The notes beneath the pieces are model-generated. The model was not told where the DNA came from and searched no databases. It saw nothing but the letters and a program-made list of their open reading frames with translations. Shown piece after piece: positions 36,798 through 47,600 of a stretch of 64,000 bases of DNA. How positions within the stretch are numbered: the first letter of the stretch is position 1; the number at the start of each line of letters is the position of its first letter. The position numbers and the translations under genes were made by a program. The stretch spans positions 30,807 through 94,806 of IMG/VR virus record IMGVR_UViG_3300012979_000031. One strand, written 5' to 3'. Source of the DNA: a virus (lineage: Duplodnaviria > Caudoviricetes).

Positions 36798-38258
36798 ATG
36801 AAGTCATTATCAGATTACAAGAATATATACAGAGAGATTGCATCGAAGTTAAACCTACAAGGAGACAGTGTAGATTTGTTAGTTCAGTTATTATCGAATG
36901 CATCTTACATAGAGGAGGTAGAGAACATTACGTATGCCAGGGAATCGAACCTAGAGACGGCGATGTTTATGAATTCTAAGATAGTACATTGTATTAATCA
37001 GATGTATTCAGTATTTAGAGGTTCATGTCCTAGAGTATTAATGAAGTTTAAGCCTACTCGAGTACAGTCATTTAATTTATTTGATGAGATCTCTGTAAGT
37101 AATAATTTCAAGATATATTACTTAGGTTACTATAATGGAAAGACGGAAGTTGAGCAAGGGACGGAAGCTGTAGCAATAGATGAGGGATTTGTATATGCAC
37201 CGTTATCTATAAATGTAAGTAATATAGCACAGGAAGAGACGTTTACTATAGTTGGATTAATTTCGAAGGAAGTAGTAGATGAGGAGTGGACAATAGACTC
37301 TAGTAATCCATACTATGTTAATTGTAATACGGAGTCTAACCTAAGTAATGATATGTATGTTAGAATATCTGGAGAGCCTGGATATATACCGGTTACTAGA
37401 CATTTTTCAGATCATGTAGAGTTTGGAAAGATATTCGACCTAACTTTGCCTGATTTCGGTTCTAGGTTATATTTTTCTGGAGTTATAGAGGGAACATCAG
37501 CCAGTACGAAATTAAGTGCTAGATATTTTAAGTATACAGTCTTAGGGGAGTATAATGAGAGTGAATTAAAGAAGGTAAAGTTAAAGGGAGCAGAGCTAGT
37601 ATCATTTTCTTCAGATTGGTTAGAGAAGAGAGGATATGATATTTCCTCAGAGTTATCTCCTGGTTTACTTTATATAAATAGCAATAATAGAGATACAGTA
37701 ATTAGTACACATTATAATGCTAACAAGGAGAGATACTTAGGTTCGATTATACGTAGCAATTCAGACTTAGGAGCTTTACTAGAGGAGCTATATCCAGAGA
37801 AAGTAAAGAGCACCTACTATGAATATGACACAGAGAGTTCTAAGTATGTAATCTACTATATACCTAAGGGAGAGAGTAAGTTAACTGTATCAGAGCAGAA
37901 CAATTTTATAGAGAACAGGAAGGGATATTTCGTAACAAATAATATATCAATCAGTCAAGGAAAGAGTTACGAAGCGGTGTTTAATATAAAATTGAACTTA
38001 GTAGATATATCAGAATCAATAGAGTCCCAAGTTAATGATATCTTAGATGAGTATTCTAGAGAGTTTAATGTCAACCTAGGATCAGTCATATCATTAATTC
38101 GAAGTACTATAGCTAAGATTTCTAATGTAAAAGAGGTAGTAAATATATCAGTAACTTATCTGGAGAACGGAGTAGAGGTAAGTGAGAGTATAGTTAATAA
38201 AGATCTGCACAAAACTTACTTTAATATATCTACAATTATAACTACATCAGAAAAATAA
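36798..38258 (+). CDS. Baseplate wedge protein (gp6/gpJ-like)
   Basis: GDSVDLLVQLLS...ARESNLETA N-terminus typical of gp6-like proteins. Confidence 0.7.
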   Translation: MKSLSDYKNIYREIASKLNLQGDSVDLLVQLLSNASYIEEVENITYARESNLETAMFMNSKIVHCINQMYSVFRGSCPRVLMKFKPTRVQSFNLFDEISVSNNFKIYYLGYYNGKTEVEQGTEAVAIDEGFVYAPLSINVSNIAQEETFTIVGLISKEVVDEEWTIDSSNPYYVNCNTESNLSNDMYVRISGEPGYIPVTRHFSDHVEFGKIFDLTLPDFGSRLYFSGVIEGTSASTKLSARYFKYTVLGEYNESELKKVKLKGAELVSFSSDWLEKRGYDISSELSPGLLYINSNNRDTVISTHYNANKERYLGSIIRSNSDLGALLEELYPEKVKSTYYEYDTESSKYVIYYIPKGESKLTVSEQNNFIENRKGYFVTNNISISQGKSYEAVFNIKLNLVDISESIESQVNDILDEYSREFNVNLGSVISLIRSTIAKISNVKEVVNISVTYLENGVEVSESIVNKDLHKTYFNISTIITTSEK

Positions 38259-38267
38259 TAGAGAGTT

Positions 38268-38840
38268 ATGAAAATATTTATTCCAAAGCATCTACGTAAT
38301 CTAGTTGTAGTAAATCAATTAGCTGAGATGATTTCTGCATATAATCGAATGAAGAGGGAGAGTACTGAGGTTCTAGAGAATATGGAAGGGATTAATCAGG
38401 AGAAGAGTTTAGATCCCGTCAAGAAGTTTATATACATGAGAGTTAGTCCAGGGAATTCTATATTTACGGAAGGATCTCAGAATTATGCAGATGTTATTAA
38501 TTATCTTACGGCTTTATTTTATTCAGTCAAGGGTACGCAGAAGGTTTTAGAATATATGAAGAAGTTCTTAGGATTTACGGATAAGGAGGTTATATATGAT
38601 GTTAAAAGTATCTCTATATTTCCAGCTAATTTTGAGTTAGGAGATGAGAGATTATATTATGAAGCCTTATTCGGATTTCTAGAGGAGTTACTATACTTTG
38701 AGGATTTTAAGACTGACTTAGGACCTATAAACTTATTAATAGATCATAAAGTAGTAACAAAAGTAAATGTATGTAAAGATGTCCATTGTTATAAGAAGAT
38801 AGAGGTTACTACATTTGTGGATGGTTCACAGCTACATTAA
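38268..38840 (+). CDS. Baseplate wedge protein (gpI/gp7-like)
   Basis: FYSVKGTQKVLEYMKKFLG motif. Confidence 0.6.
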   Translation: MKIFIPKHLRNLVVVNQLAEMISAYNRMKRESTEVLENMEGINQEKSLDPVKKFIYMRVSPGNSIFTEGSQNYADVINYLTALFYSVKGTQKVLEYMKKFLGFTDKEVIYDVKSISIFPANFELGDERLYYEALFGFLEELLYFEDFKTDLGPINLLIDHKVVTKVNVCKDVHCYKKIEVTTFVDGSQLH

Positions 38841-38854
38841 CAGTTTAGAGTATT

Positions 38855-40951
38855 ATGAGAATAGAGAAATTTGGCAGCCTAGAGAGTATAGTGACTGTAG
38901 TTTATTATACCTGGACTAGAGGAAATATATTATACCCGCCAGAATGGAATGCAGACTCGGAGAATAGTGTTGATCTTAGTCTTATTCCAGAGGCTTCAAA
39001 GATAGAGTATAAGTCGTCGAGTAGTTCTATAAAGATGAAAGATTTTAAAGAGTATGGGTATGATTATTTTCCAGAGAAGGGTAAATATAAAGATTACGAC
39101 ATACTAGACCTATACGGAGATGAAGCTAGAGAATTGATAGGGGCAGATCCATCAGATATAGAGAAGATAAGTACATTTGCTATCCCAAGTATATATACTA
39201 ATGAAAAAATAGATACTAGTGAGGTAGGATATTTCAAGACAAAGGTATTATCTGGGGGAAGAGTTGTATGTCAGTTATTAGCTCCAGAAGGTTGTTATAA
39301 GATAGAGTTATATACAGAAATACTTGACTTAGAGGGAAATGGAAATTGTAGTAATGGGAAAATCTTAGCTGCAGAATATGAGAATAAGGCTAGGGTAGAG
39401 TATACAAAGAAGCCTATTATATCAATTTTCTTAGGACCTGATAAAGACAATATACTAAATCCATCATCATTCTATTATAAAGGAAATATTGATGTAACCA
39501 GGTATCCAGGGAAAGTTACAGTAAAGGAATATAAGAAGCTACTAGAGGAAATCACATGTTCAAAGGTAGTTACTATAGTTTCTGTTAATGGTGAGGTTGA
39601 GAATTTTACTATAAACACTGTACAAGATAGTTTTTATGAGTCACAGGATCCTCTTAGAAATTTATCAGATCTCGTATTAAGAAATGATGAGTGGTATGGA
39701 AGTAAGGATAGTATAAGTCAAGTTGGAGTAAGAAGGGGAAGTTTGTATGACCTAGGAACTGGAACATTACTGGGAAATAAGATAACCAGCTCTACTCCTA
39801 TCCTAGATTCAAAAAAGAAGATATTATCACAAGTCAGAAGATATTCACAGGATCATGCTTATAATAGAGGGGATGTTGTATCAGTAGGAAAGAGTAAGTA
39901 TGTAAGTGTGAGTGATAATAATAGGGGAAATCAACCTCTTATATCTCCGGAGTGGTTATTAGAAGAGGATTTTATAGGAACATTCACTAAGATCATCAAC
40001 ATATTTGTATCACCTAAAGGAGGAGGGTTTTCTAGTAAGGGTTATTTGATTTATGATAGTGGAAAACCTAAGACTATAGAATTTACACCAGGTTATGGAT
40101 TTGAATTTAGATGGAATGAGACTACCGGATTAGGAAATAGCAAGTTAACGAATGGAGAGGTAGAGCTTATTATAGGAGAGGATTTTAAGTATGTAGAGTT
40201 CCTAGATAATAAGACTGGAAAATTATCAAGGTTTATTACTATCTTGAAGTGGGATAAATTATTAGAAACAGAGAAGTTATATATTTGTCCTGTAGAAAAT
40301 AATAAAGTATGTGATATTAGGTTATTATACAAGAATCAATATTACTACCTTGGTGAAGATAAGAGTCCTAGATTATCAAAATTCCCAGATAACTCACAGA
40401 AATATTCATACAGAGATATATACTTTAATGATCAACCTATTTCCGGAAAGGAGTTATTATCTAGTCTTAGTGCTACCAGTGAATCATCTAGAATTGGAAC
40501 ACAGAACTTAGAAACCCTACATCTTTCAGTTTCTGGGGTAGAGGCTCTTTATACTTATTCTGATTTAACGACTAGCACAGAGTTATTACCAGAGGTTGAG
40601 AATAATGTATTTGAGGATAGTGTAGTTTCATCAAAAGTAATATACACAATCTTAGTTAATGATAGAGAGTATAGGTGTAAGGTTTATTTCAATACGGAGA
40701 AGTTAGAGGTAGAAGAATCATGTCCTATAGCTTATTATGAAAAACCATTGACTGTACGTTTTTACACAATTAATAACTCTAGTTTAAAAGACATAGAGTT
40801 GTATCATTATAATCAGGGAGAGTGGGTTAAATTTCAGACTTACTTACCAGGGGATGATGTATTTACAGAAGAGGATGGCATAATAACCTTAACTATACCT
40901 GAGAATCTAGTTACTAATGAATTAAAGATATTTATAAATGTTAATGAATAA
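38855..40951 (+). CDS. Baseplate-associated protein with CBM5/12-like module
   Basis: YSQDHAYNRGDVVSVGKSKYVS...NQP..W. Confidence 0.55.
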   Translation: MRIEKFGSLESIVTVVYYTWTRGNILYPPEWNADSENSVDLSLIPEASKIEYKSSSSSIKMKDFKEYGYDYFPEKGKYKDYDILDLYGDEARELIGADPSDIEKISTFAIPSIYTNEKIDTSEVGYFKTKVLSGGRVVCQLLAPEGCYKIELYTEILDLEGNGNCSNGKILAAEYENKARVEYTKKPIISIFLGPDKDNILNPSSFYYKGNIDVTRYPGKVTVKEYKKLLEEITCSKVVTIVSVNGEVENFTINTVQDSFYESQDPLRNLSDLVLRNDEWYGSKDSISQVGVRRGSLYDLGTGTLLGNKITSSTPILDSKKKILSQVRRYSQDHAYNRGDVVSVGKSKYVSVSDNNRGNQPLISPEWLLEEDFIGTFTKIINIFVSPKGGGFSSKGYLIYDSGKPKTIEFTPGYGFEFRWNETTGLGNSKLTNGEVELIIGEDFKYVEFLDNKTGKLSRFITILKWDKLLETEKLYICPVENNKVCDIRLLYKNQYYYLGEDKSPRLSKFPDNSQKYSYRDIYFNDQPISGKELLSSLSATSESSRIGTQNLETLHLSVSGVEALYTYSDLTTSTELLPEVENNVFEDSVVSSKVIYTILVNDREYRCKVYFNTEKLEVEESCPIAYYEKPLTVRFYTINNSSLKDIELYHYNQGEWVKFQTYLPGDDVFTEEDGIITLTIPENLVTNELKIFINVNE

Positions 40952-42185
40952 AAGAAGCGTGATTGGATTTTATATCTGGTCGGACGCTGGAGAATATGAA
41001 AAAGGAGACTTTGTAGTTAAGGGTGATTGTATTTATAAATGTATTGCCCTAAATCCTACTAATAAAGAAAATTTTACAGTTATAGGCAAGGATCCAGAGG
41101 TAGATAGAGAGAATTACAAAATATACCCTGGAGAAATGATTACGTCAGCCGAGGAATACTTCAATTACGTAGAAGAAGCTAAAGATGATACAAAAGAGCC
41201 GCCCGTAGATAAATTTATTTCTATGCATGCTCTTTATGAAATTTTACAGAAGCTATATTTTGGAGTATCTTGTAATGGTGTAGTAGATAATTACGTACTA
41301 AAGACAGAGGAGGGTATAGATTTCTTAGTATCCGGAATCACTGACCTAGATAAATCCACTGAGCCTATAGATGTTATTCTTCAATCTCCTAATCTAAATA
41401 ATGGTGTTCTTAAAGTTTCTAGAGATTTTTTTCCAGGATTATTTATTACAGATCCGAATAACTTAGAGGAAGCTACTAATTATTATTCACAGAAGTCTAT
41501 AGATAATTCAGTTGTAATTCTAAGACAATATACATACGATTATACAAAGGCAGATAGTGAGGAAGTTATTAGAAGAAGAACACAAGAGTTGATTGATCCT
41601 GTTTATGGAGATATTTTTGTTAGGTATTCAGATGGAGTAGTGAGCAAAGAAACTGGAGCCTATATATTCCCTAGTTCATCATCTTGGAAAAGGGTATCTA
41701 TAGGAAATGATAATATTAGAACTACTCTTACGGCTGTTCAGAATACTTACCAGAACATGTATGATAGTTACAGAGAGAAAACGGAATCAGAGGGTACATT
41801 TTTCAAAACAGTATATCCAACAAAAGTTCCTCTATCAGAATATGTAACTTATCAATATCCAAGTGCAGAAGTATGGATACCAGATCAATCGGGAGCTATA
41901 GATTTCAGTTCGACTAGATTAGGAGGATGTTTATATACTGTTGTGGTTTCTACGTCTCTTCGAAATGGTTTATACAAGAACAGTAACCTAACATTTGATG
42001 GACTAGAATTAAATGACGATGGTGGAATAAAGACTTGGTGGTTATCGGATGCAGTTAGCTTAAGGGTTACTAAGAGTTCTGTAGATGTTAATAGTGGACT
42101 AGGATTAAAGTTTGAGGTTCTTAGTAATAATGATGTCCTAGAGTCTGTAATCACAAATATATACTGTAAGAAAAATAATGAATAA
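40938..42185 (+). CDS. Baseplate-associated protein with N-terminal CBM5/12-like module
   Basis: WSDAGEYEKGDFVVKGDCIYKC. Confidence 0.55.
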   Translation: MLMNKRSVIGFYIWSDAGEYEKGDFVVKGDCIYKCIALNPTNKENFTVIGKDPEVDRENYKIYPGEMITSAEEYFNYVEEAKDDTKEPPVDKFISMHALYEILQKLYFGVSCNGVVDNYVLKTEEGIDFLVSGITDLDKSTEPIDVILQSPNLNNGVLKVSRDFFPGLFITDPNNLEEATNYYSQKSIDNSVVILRQYTYDYTKADSEEVIRRRTQELIDPVYGDIFVRYSDGVVSKETGAYIFPSSSSWKRVSIGNDNIRTTLTAVQNTYQNMYDSYREKTESEGTFFKTVYPTKVPLSEYVTYQYPSAEVWIPDQSGAIDFSSTRLGGCLYTVVVSTSLRNGLYKNSNLTFDGLELNDDGGIKTWWLSDAVSLRVTKSSVDVNSGLGLKFEVLSNNDVLESVITNIYCKKNNE

Positions 42186-43023
42186 TAGTAAGTTAGGAAC
42201 AAATACTATCTCAGGTTATATAGATCACTTAGGAATAATAACTGACAGTGGATATGTACCTGGGACTGTATTTATAGAAGGAGATTCTTTATCATATATT
42301 CCGAATGACAATAATGAATCTGGAGAAGTTATACCTATCTTGAATAATAACTCTACTTTTCGACCTATTCGTTGTTCAGAATTACATAATTCAATTCTAA
42401 GGAAAGTATTTTTTAAACAATGCTTAGTATATCAGGAAGATGAAGATACTGTAAAGATGAAGATTAACCCGGATTCATTACAGTCAGATATTCCAGTAAT
42501 TACGCAGAAGTCTTTATCAGAGCTATCAAAATCTGCAGATGGAATTTCTTTTAATAATGAGTTTGGGGTTGAAGATATACAAGAAATTAATTCTAGATAT
42601 TCTGAGTTATATAGTGGAGAAGATAAAAATGGATTCGACTTCTTACAACTAACTACGAAGAATAAGATAGACCTAGGAGATAAGTATTTTTCAACAACAG
42701 TCATCTCAGCGGATTCAGATGTTTATACAGATACTTTGAACCTCAATGGAGTTATCAGGCATTGTGTATCTCCCGAGTTGAAAGGATCGGCAAATATAGA
42801 CGTTAGATATTCAACAGCTAAAGGAGTGTTTTCAGAGAATGTTGTATTTTCTGTATTCTCGTATGATAAAGATCTGAAGCTTGAGGTTAAAAACTTTATT
42901 CAGGATATTAATGATAAAGTTCAAGTAGAATATATTAATGGAGTCTTAAGAGTATATCCTTTAGATTCCACAGTTAACGAGTGTATTATTAATAATTGTA
43001 TATTAACTTATGCCAAGTCCTAA
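42178..43023 (+). CDS. Hypothetical structural protein
   Basis: 281 aa, overlaps neighbours in the operon. Confidence 0.65.
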   Translation: MNNSKLGTNTISGYIDHLGIITDSGYVPGTVFIEGDSLSYIPNDNNESGEVIPILNNNSTFRPIRCSELHNSILRKVFFKQCLVYQEDEDTVKMKINPDSLQSDIPVITQKSLSELSKSADGISFNNEFGVEDIQEINSRYSELYSGEDKNGFDFLQLTTKNKIDLGDKYFSTTVISADSDVYTDTLNLNGVIRHCVSPELKGSANIDVRYSTAKGVFSENVVFSVFSYDKDLKLEVKNFIQDINDKVQVEYINGVLRVYPLDSTVNECIINNCILTYAKS

Positions 43024-44623
43024 TACAAGTGGGTCTCAGACTCAATTATTAGGGTCAGCCACTGCAGCTTCTAGTAGTTTAAAGATTGTTCTCTTCAATC
43101 AGTCCCTATTGAGTACTAAGATTTCTTTGTATGGAATAAAGGCTTACTATAATGATGTAATACTTAAAGGAGAGCACTTAGACTTAACAAGGGAGAATGA
43201 GACTGACCCTTTTGAATATAATTATAGAAATGGAAAGATAGATGGTTTTGATTTAATTATTTATCTTTCAAATTCTAATAATGCTCCTCTTGGTTTTACG
43301 GAGTTTAGTAGAGTTCAAGGCTTATCTAGGAACTTATCTATTATTGTAAAAATAGAAGATGACTTAGAGGATCCAATGACTGATATTGTAGAAAGAACAG
43401 ACTTAGGACAACTTAAGGTAACTGATCTATCTACTATCTTACTCGGTGATCAGGATTATAAGTATACATCAAGTTCTAAGATTTTCGAGAATATAGTAAC
43501 TCCAAGGCATTCTTATACAGTACATGTTGAAGATCTAGAAAAAGGAAAAGCCATAGTTACATCATCTGGGGGAGTTGTAGAGAGTGGATTATATCATTGT
43601 GGAGTTTTGAGAAATAGAAACTTTGATCCACATAATATAGGTTTTACTGGTTATTCTTTCTGTAAAAATAATACGGACTTTGTTATCTTAGAGTGGGTTG
43701 GTAATAAGTATTCAATCTATTCTATGACTCTAGCTAATCGTTTTGGAAATCCTAGAGCCTATACTAGAGATAACCTTGGAATAAATCCGAACGGTGAGGT
43801 ATTTTCTCTTTCAGCAGCATTAACAGAAGATGTATATGAGAAGAGTGCTGGTTTTTGTGAGATTCCAGTATACGAAGAAGGGTTATCTCAAAGAATTATT
43901 TCATGTGCAGGAAGATATATACTAGTTGATGTAGATGGAAATTCTAAAGTATATGATGTAATAGAAGATAAGTTTGTTAATATCTCAGGTCAGGTTGTAT
44001 TAAATGAGAGATCGTTTACTTCCGGACTTACTATACTTGAACCTGGACATGAAAATTTTTTACTAGGTTGTCCGGAGTTAATGAATCTTTACATAGATAT
44101 TTCACCATTATTTGTAAAGAACTTAACTATATACAGGCGGATAGGAAGTTGGTTTATCCTACAATATAATTATAAAGTAGGAACAGATATATACATTTGT
44201 GCTTCTCCGGTCAGTTCAGTATATTTAACTAAAGAAGACCTAGATAAGTTGATTATATTAAATGATAACACTATTCTATTAAAAGAAAAGGATTATTATG
44301 TTATGTATTCTGGTTACTCTAAGACTTTTTATTCAGAGAGAGCTAGAAATATAATAGAAGGTGGGGAACTTGAAACCTTAACTATTAAACCTGGAGTAGA
44401 TATCTTATACAACGCTAGAGGAACTTATGATGAATTATACAAAGGTTATTATAAGGAGAAAGATATTGAGGTTGTTGGTAAGAAAGAAGAATTATATACT
44501 ACAGTTTTTAATAGATTTAGAAAAAATAGCTATCCAGTAAATATTCCAGGAATTCCAGATATTGTTGGAGGCTGTGAAGGATTAGTGTTTTATAAGAATG
44601 GAAAAATAATTAATTACTTATAA
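43010..44623 (+). CDS. Hypothetical structural protein
   Basis: 537 aa, beta-rich. Confidence 0.65.
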   Translation: MPSPNTSGSQTQLLGSATAASSSLKIVLFNQSLLSTKISLYGIKAYYNDVILKGEHLDLTRENETDPFEYNYRNGKIDGFDLIIYLSNSNNAPLGFTEFSRVQGLSRNLSIIVKIEDDLEDPMTDIVERTDLGQLKVTDLSTILLGDQDYKYTSSSKIFENIVTPRHSYTVHVEDLEKGKAIVTSSGGVVESGLYHCGVLRNRNFDPHNIGFTGYSFCKNNTDFVILEWVGNKYSIYSMTLANRFGNPRAYTRDNLGINPNGEVFSLSAALTEDVYEKSAGFCEIPVYEEGLSQRIISCAGRYILVDVDGNSKVYDVIEDKFVNISGQVVLNERSFTSGLTILEPGHENFLLGCPELMNLYIDISPLFVKNLTIYRRIGSWFILQYNYKVGTDIYICASPVSSVYLTKEDLDKLIILNDNTILLKEKDYYVMYSGYSKTFYSERARNIIEGGELETLTIKPGVDILYNARGTYDELYKGYYKEKDIEVVGKKEELYTTVFNRFRKNSYPVNIPGIPDIVGGCEGLVFYKNGKIINYL

Positions 44624-47600
44624 TGATAGCAATTTTTAGTGATAAATTTAAGAAAGACCTAACAATACAATCAGAGATATACATAGCGGGTTGGTCAGAA
44701 TCTTACGTCGAGGTTCCTAATTCTGAGTTATCTAGGTTATGTATTGAAGGTGAAAAGAAACAATTATCTACTTTAAAACGCAATACCCTTAGAACAATCT
44801 GGGATAATGAAAGTAAAGTCCTTGAATTAAAAATTGATGGATTTGATGTTAATTACTCAGATTCAGATGACTATGATGTTCTGATGAGTAAAAACTATGT
44901 TCCATTAATTTATTTCTACTATGGTTTTGAGGATACTGTTGACTTAGCCTTCATACTTAAGCCTGATAGAGATGAATTAAGTATAGAAGGTAATAATATA
45001 ATAGACCTACAATTTAATAGTACAGTAAAGGCGGAGTTTGTAAATATCAGAAAGAATATTAATAATGACTTTGATTTCTTAGAGGGTGTTGTTTCTGAAG
45101 CTAAGACCTGTGCAAAGAATATCCTAGTAGTAGATCCAAGTGAAGAAGTATTGGTTACAAAGGATAGTTATTACAGATTATTACGTAAAAAAGCAGCAGA
45201 GGTTGGTTGTAAAGAAGGTAGATGTATTGATGAAACTGGAAAATATCAGGATTCTTACTATACCTATCGAATTTATAAAGAAGATACATTAACTCCTATA
45301 CTCTTCGATACTACTGGAGCAGAATTAATTACCAAATATTCACTAAGTAAGGATGGAGGTTATGTTCAGATTAGAGGAACCGTTGAGTATGAGGAATATA
45401 AGGTAGGTAAAGATGGAGAGATTGTAAAGATAGATGAAGGTATAACTGAAGTCTCTGGAATAGATGGAGTTTCAATTATCCTAGAATCAAAATCTTCCAT
45501 GTTTGATTGTACTATAGACGAAGCCTGGAATAGAGTAGTATACGGAAAGTTATTAGAAGAAGATGAAGCTAGTTGGGGTATCTTTCATCTAGAACTCAAC
45601 TACCTAGATCATGACTTAAAACCACAAACCTTAGTATCAAAATCATTCAAGCTAGTTCAAGGATTACTGGAGACTTATGTTAGAATTACTGAGGCTTCTA
45701 CGGATTTTACAGAGTTAGGAGATTATCTTTTTCTATTTGATGCTTCCGGAAAGACTATACATAATTTCAAGCTTAAGATTTCTTCATTAGAGGTTATTGG
45801 AGTAGAGAATATAAAGATCTCAGCCCCTACAGAATCAGATACAGATTATATGTTTTCTAAGTTTTCTGTAAGTATTGAGAATTTTAACTTAAGTGATGAA
45901 GGTTCAGTGGTTGTAGATTTTAAATTAACTACAAAAGAAACTAATAAGCTAACTACACCACTCCCTGCTAAAGATGGAAAGTTCTCTCTAATTCCGATAA
46001 TGATAAACTTAGTAGGTACGGAATATAAGGCTTCAACAATTAATTTCTATCTAGTACAAAAACCTGCCACTGTAACATTAGCTGCTTTTAATCCAAGTAC
46101 AGGTTTAAGCATAGATACAGTAACCCTAGATTATGATCAAAGTTCTATTCCAGTTATCTTAGGTGTAGAGGATGATACAGAGGGTGATTATTGGAAATTA
46201 ACAGGTCCAGTAAATAGTAGAATTAATGTTACGCCAGAGGTAGGAGAAATTACAGGAATATACACTACAGAGAGAGGTTATTCAGGTTTCGTACTTAGTA
46301 ATAAAGATACAGCAAACTCTCTTAGTATCTATGTCTCTGGTCAATCTGATACTAGACTAGATGAAGACTTAGGAACTTTAACTTTTACTAGATACTTAGA
46401 AAACCCTAATGAGAAGGATCTATCAAGTTGGAGAATGAATCTTTCTGTAGCTACTGTAACAATTAACGTAGTAAAGAAAGGAGCTCCACCATTTGTAAAT
46501 ATTATAGACGACAATGTTTACGTAAAAAAGATAGAACCGATTGATGTAAACCTAGAGAGTAATATAGATGTTTATTGTAAGTTTACCCCTAATTTTACAA
46601 AGTCTAGGAGTAATGATTATAATAAGGATAGGTTTGAGTTCTTAGAGAAGTATCCGGAGTATATAATGACTGTCTATGTTGAGGGTCAGGAGAATGAAGA
46701 AACTAGAGTAGGAAAAAATCTATACCTAATCAAAAACACAACCGCCGCTAAGGAAAGTGTAAGAATCGTATTAGAGGTTAGACATTTCCCAGCTGCAGGA
46801 GGTTATGATAGATCTACATATTGGGAAAGTAGTGACCCGAGTATAACTAGAGAAAATGCCTTTGGATTACTGACCTTCTATCTCGACGAGGAGTGTACTA
46901 AGCCTGTAGATTCACTTAACATAGGAGTACATGAAGATCCCAGTTATTATAGTACAGGTTATGGAAAGGATGAGTGGGAATATTCTGAAACGAGTCTAGT
47001 TAGTTATGAAGGAACCTATATGAAGCCTGAAGATCTAGATTGGAAGGATAGGTTTTTCTTCATTCCGCCAGATAGTCCAGTGAGTGTTTGTGTGAAAAAT
47101 AACTATACTATATACTACGATAAATTTGATAGCTCTGGACATATAGGCGGTATCTTAGAAGAAGGAGGATATCAGGCGGGAATAAGAATTTCTCAAACAT
47201 GTGATCTCGACCTATGTTCTGATGTTGAGTTGATTGGGGAAGACATGGAATATAAAGGAAAGCTGTACGATAGTTATATGAGTATTCCAACTTATGATAA
47301 AGGAAACCTAGTCGGAAATGTATTTAAGTGTACTTCCAGTGCTTATCGCTACAATTCCGAGGATGATGTAACTTCTAGCCATAAACAACAACCAACCACA
47401 CTAGCTTTTCATAATCTATCAGAACCCCTCAGAGAATACTATAAAGGAGTTGTCTCTAGTGGTGGAATTATAGATACAAGCATAGATAGACTTAGACTGT
47501 ATTTCTTCAGATGTCCAAAACCATTCTATGTAAAGGGAGTAAGCTTGTCTAATTACAGAGATCCAAGTTTAATTCCAGGGGATACAGTAGAAAAGAGATA

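Noticed and set aside
6840-38840. Bacterial eCIS, tailocin or T6SS locus rather than a phage
   Set aside because: Neck/head-closure-like genes, a long tape measure, very large fibres, a replication-type gene and the absence of bacterial housekeeping context favour a large phage; the capsid gene is not in the window, so this is not fully excluded
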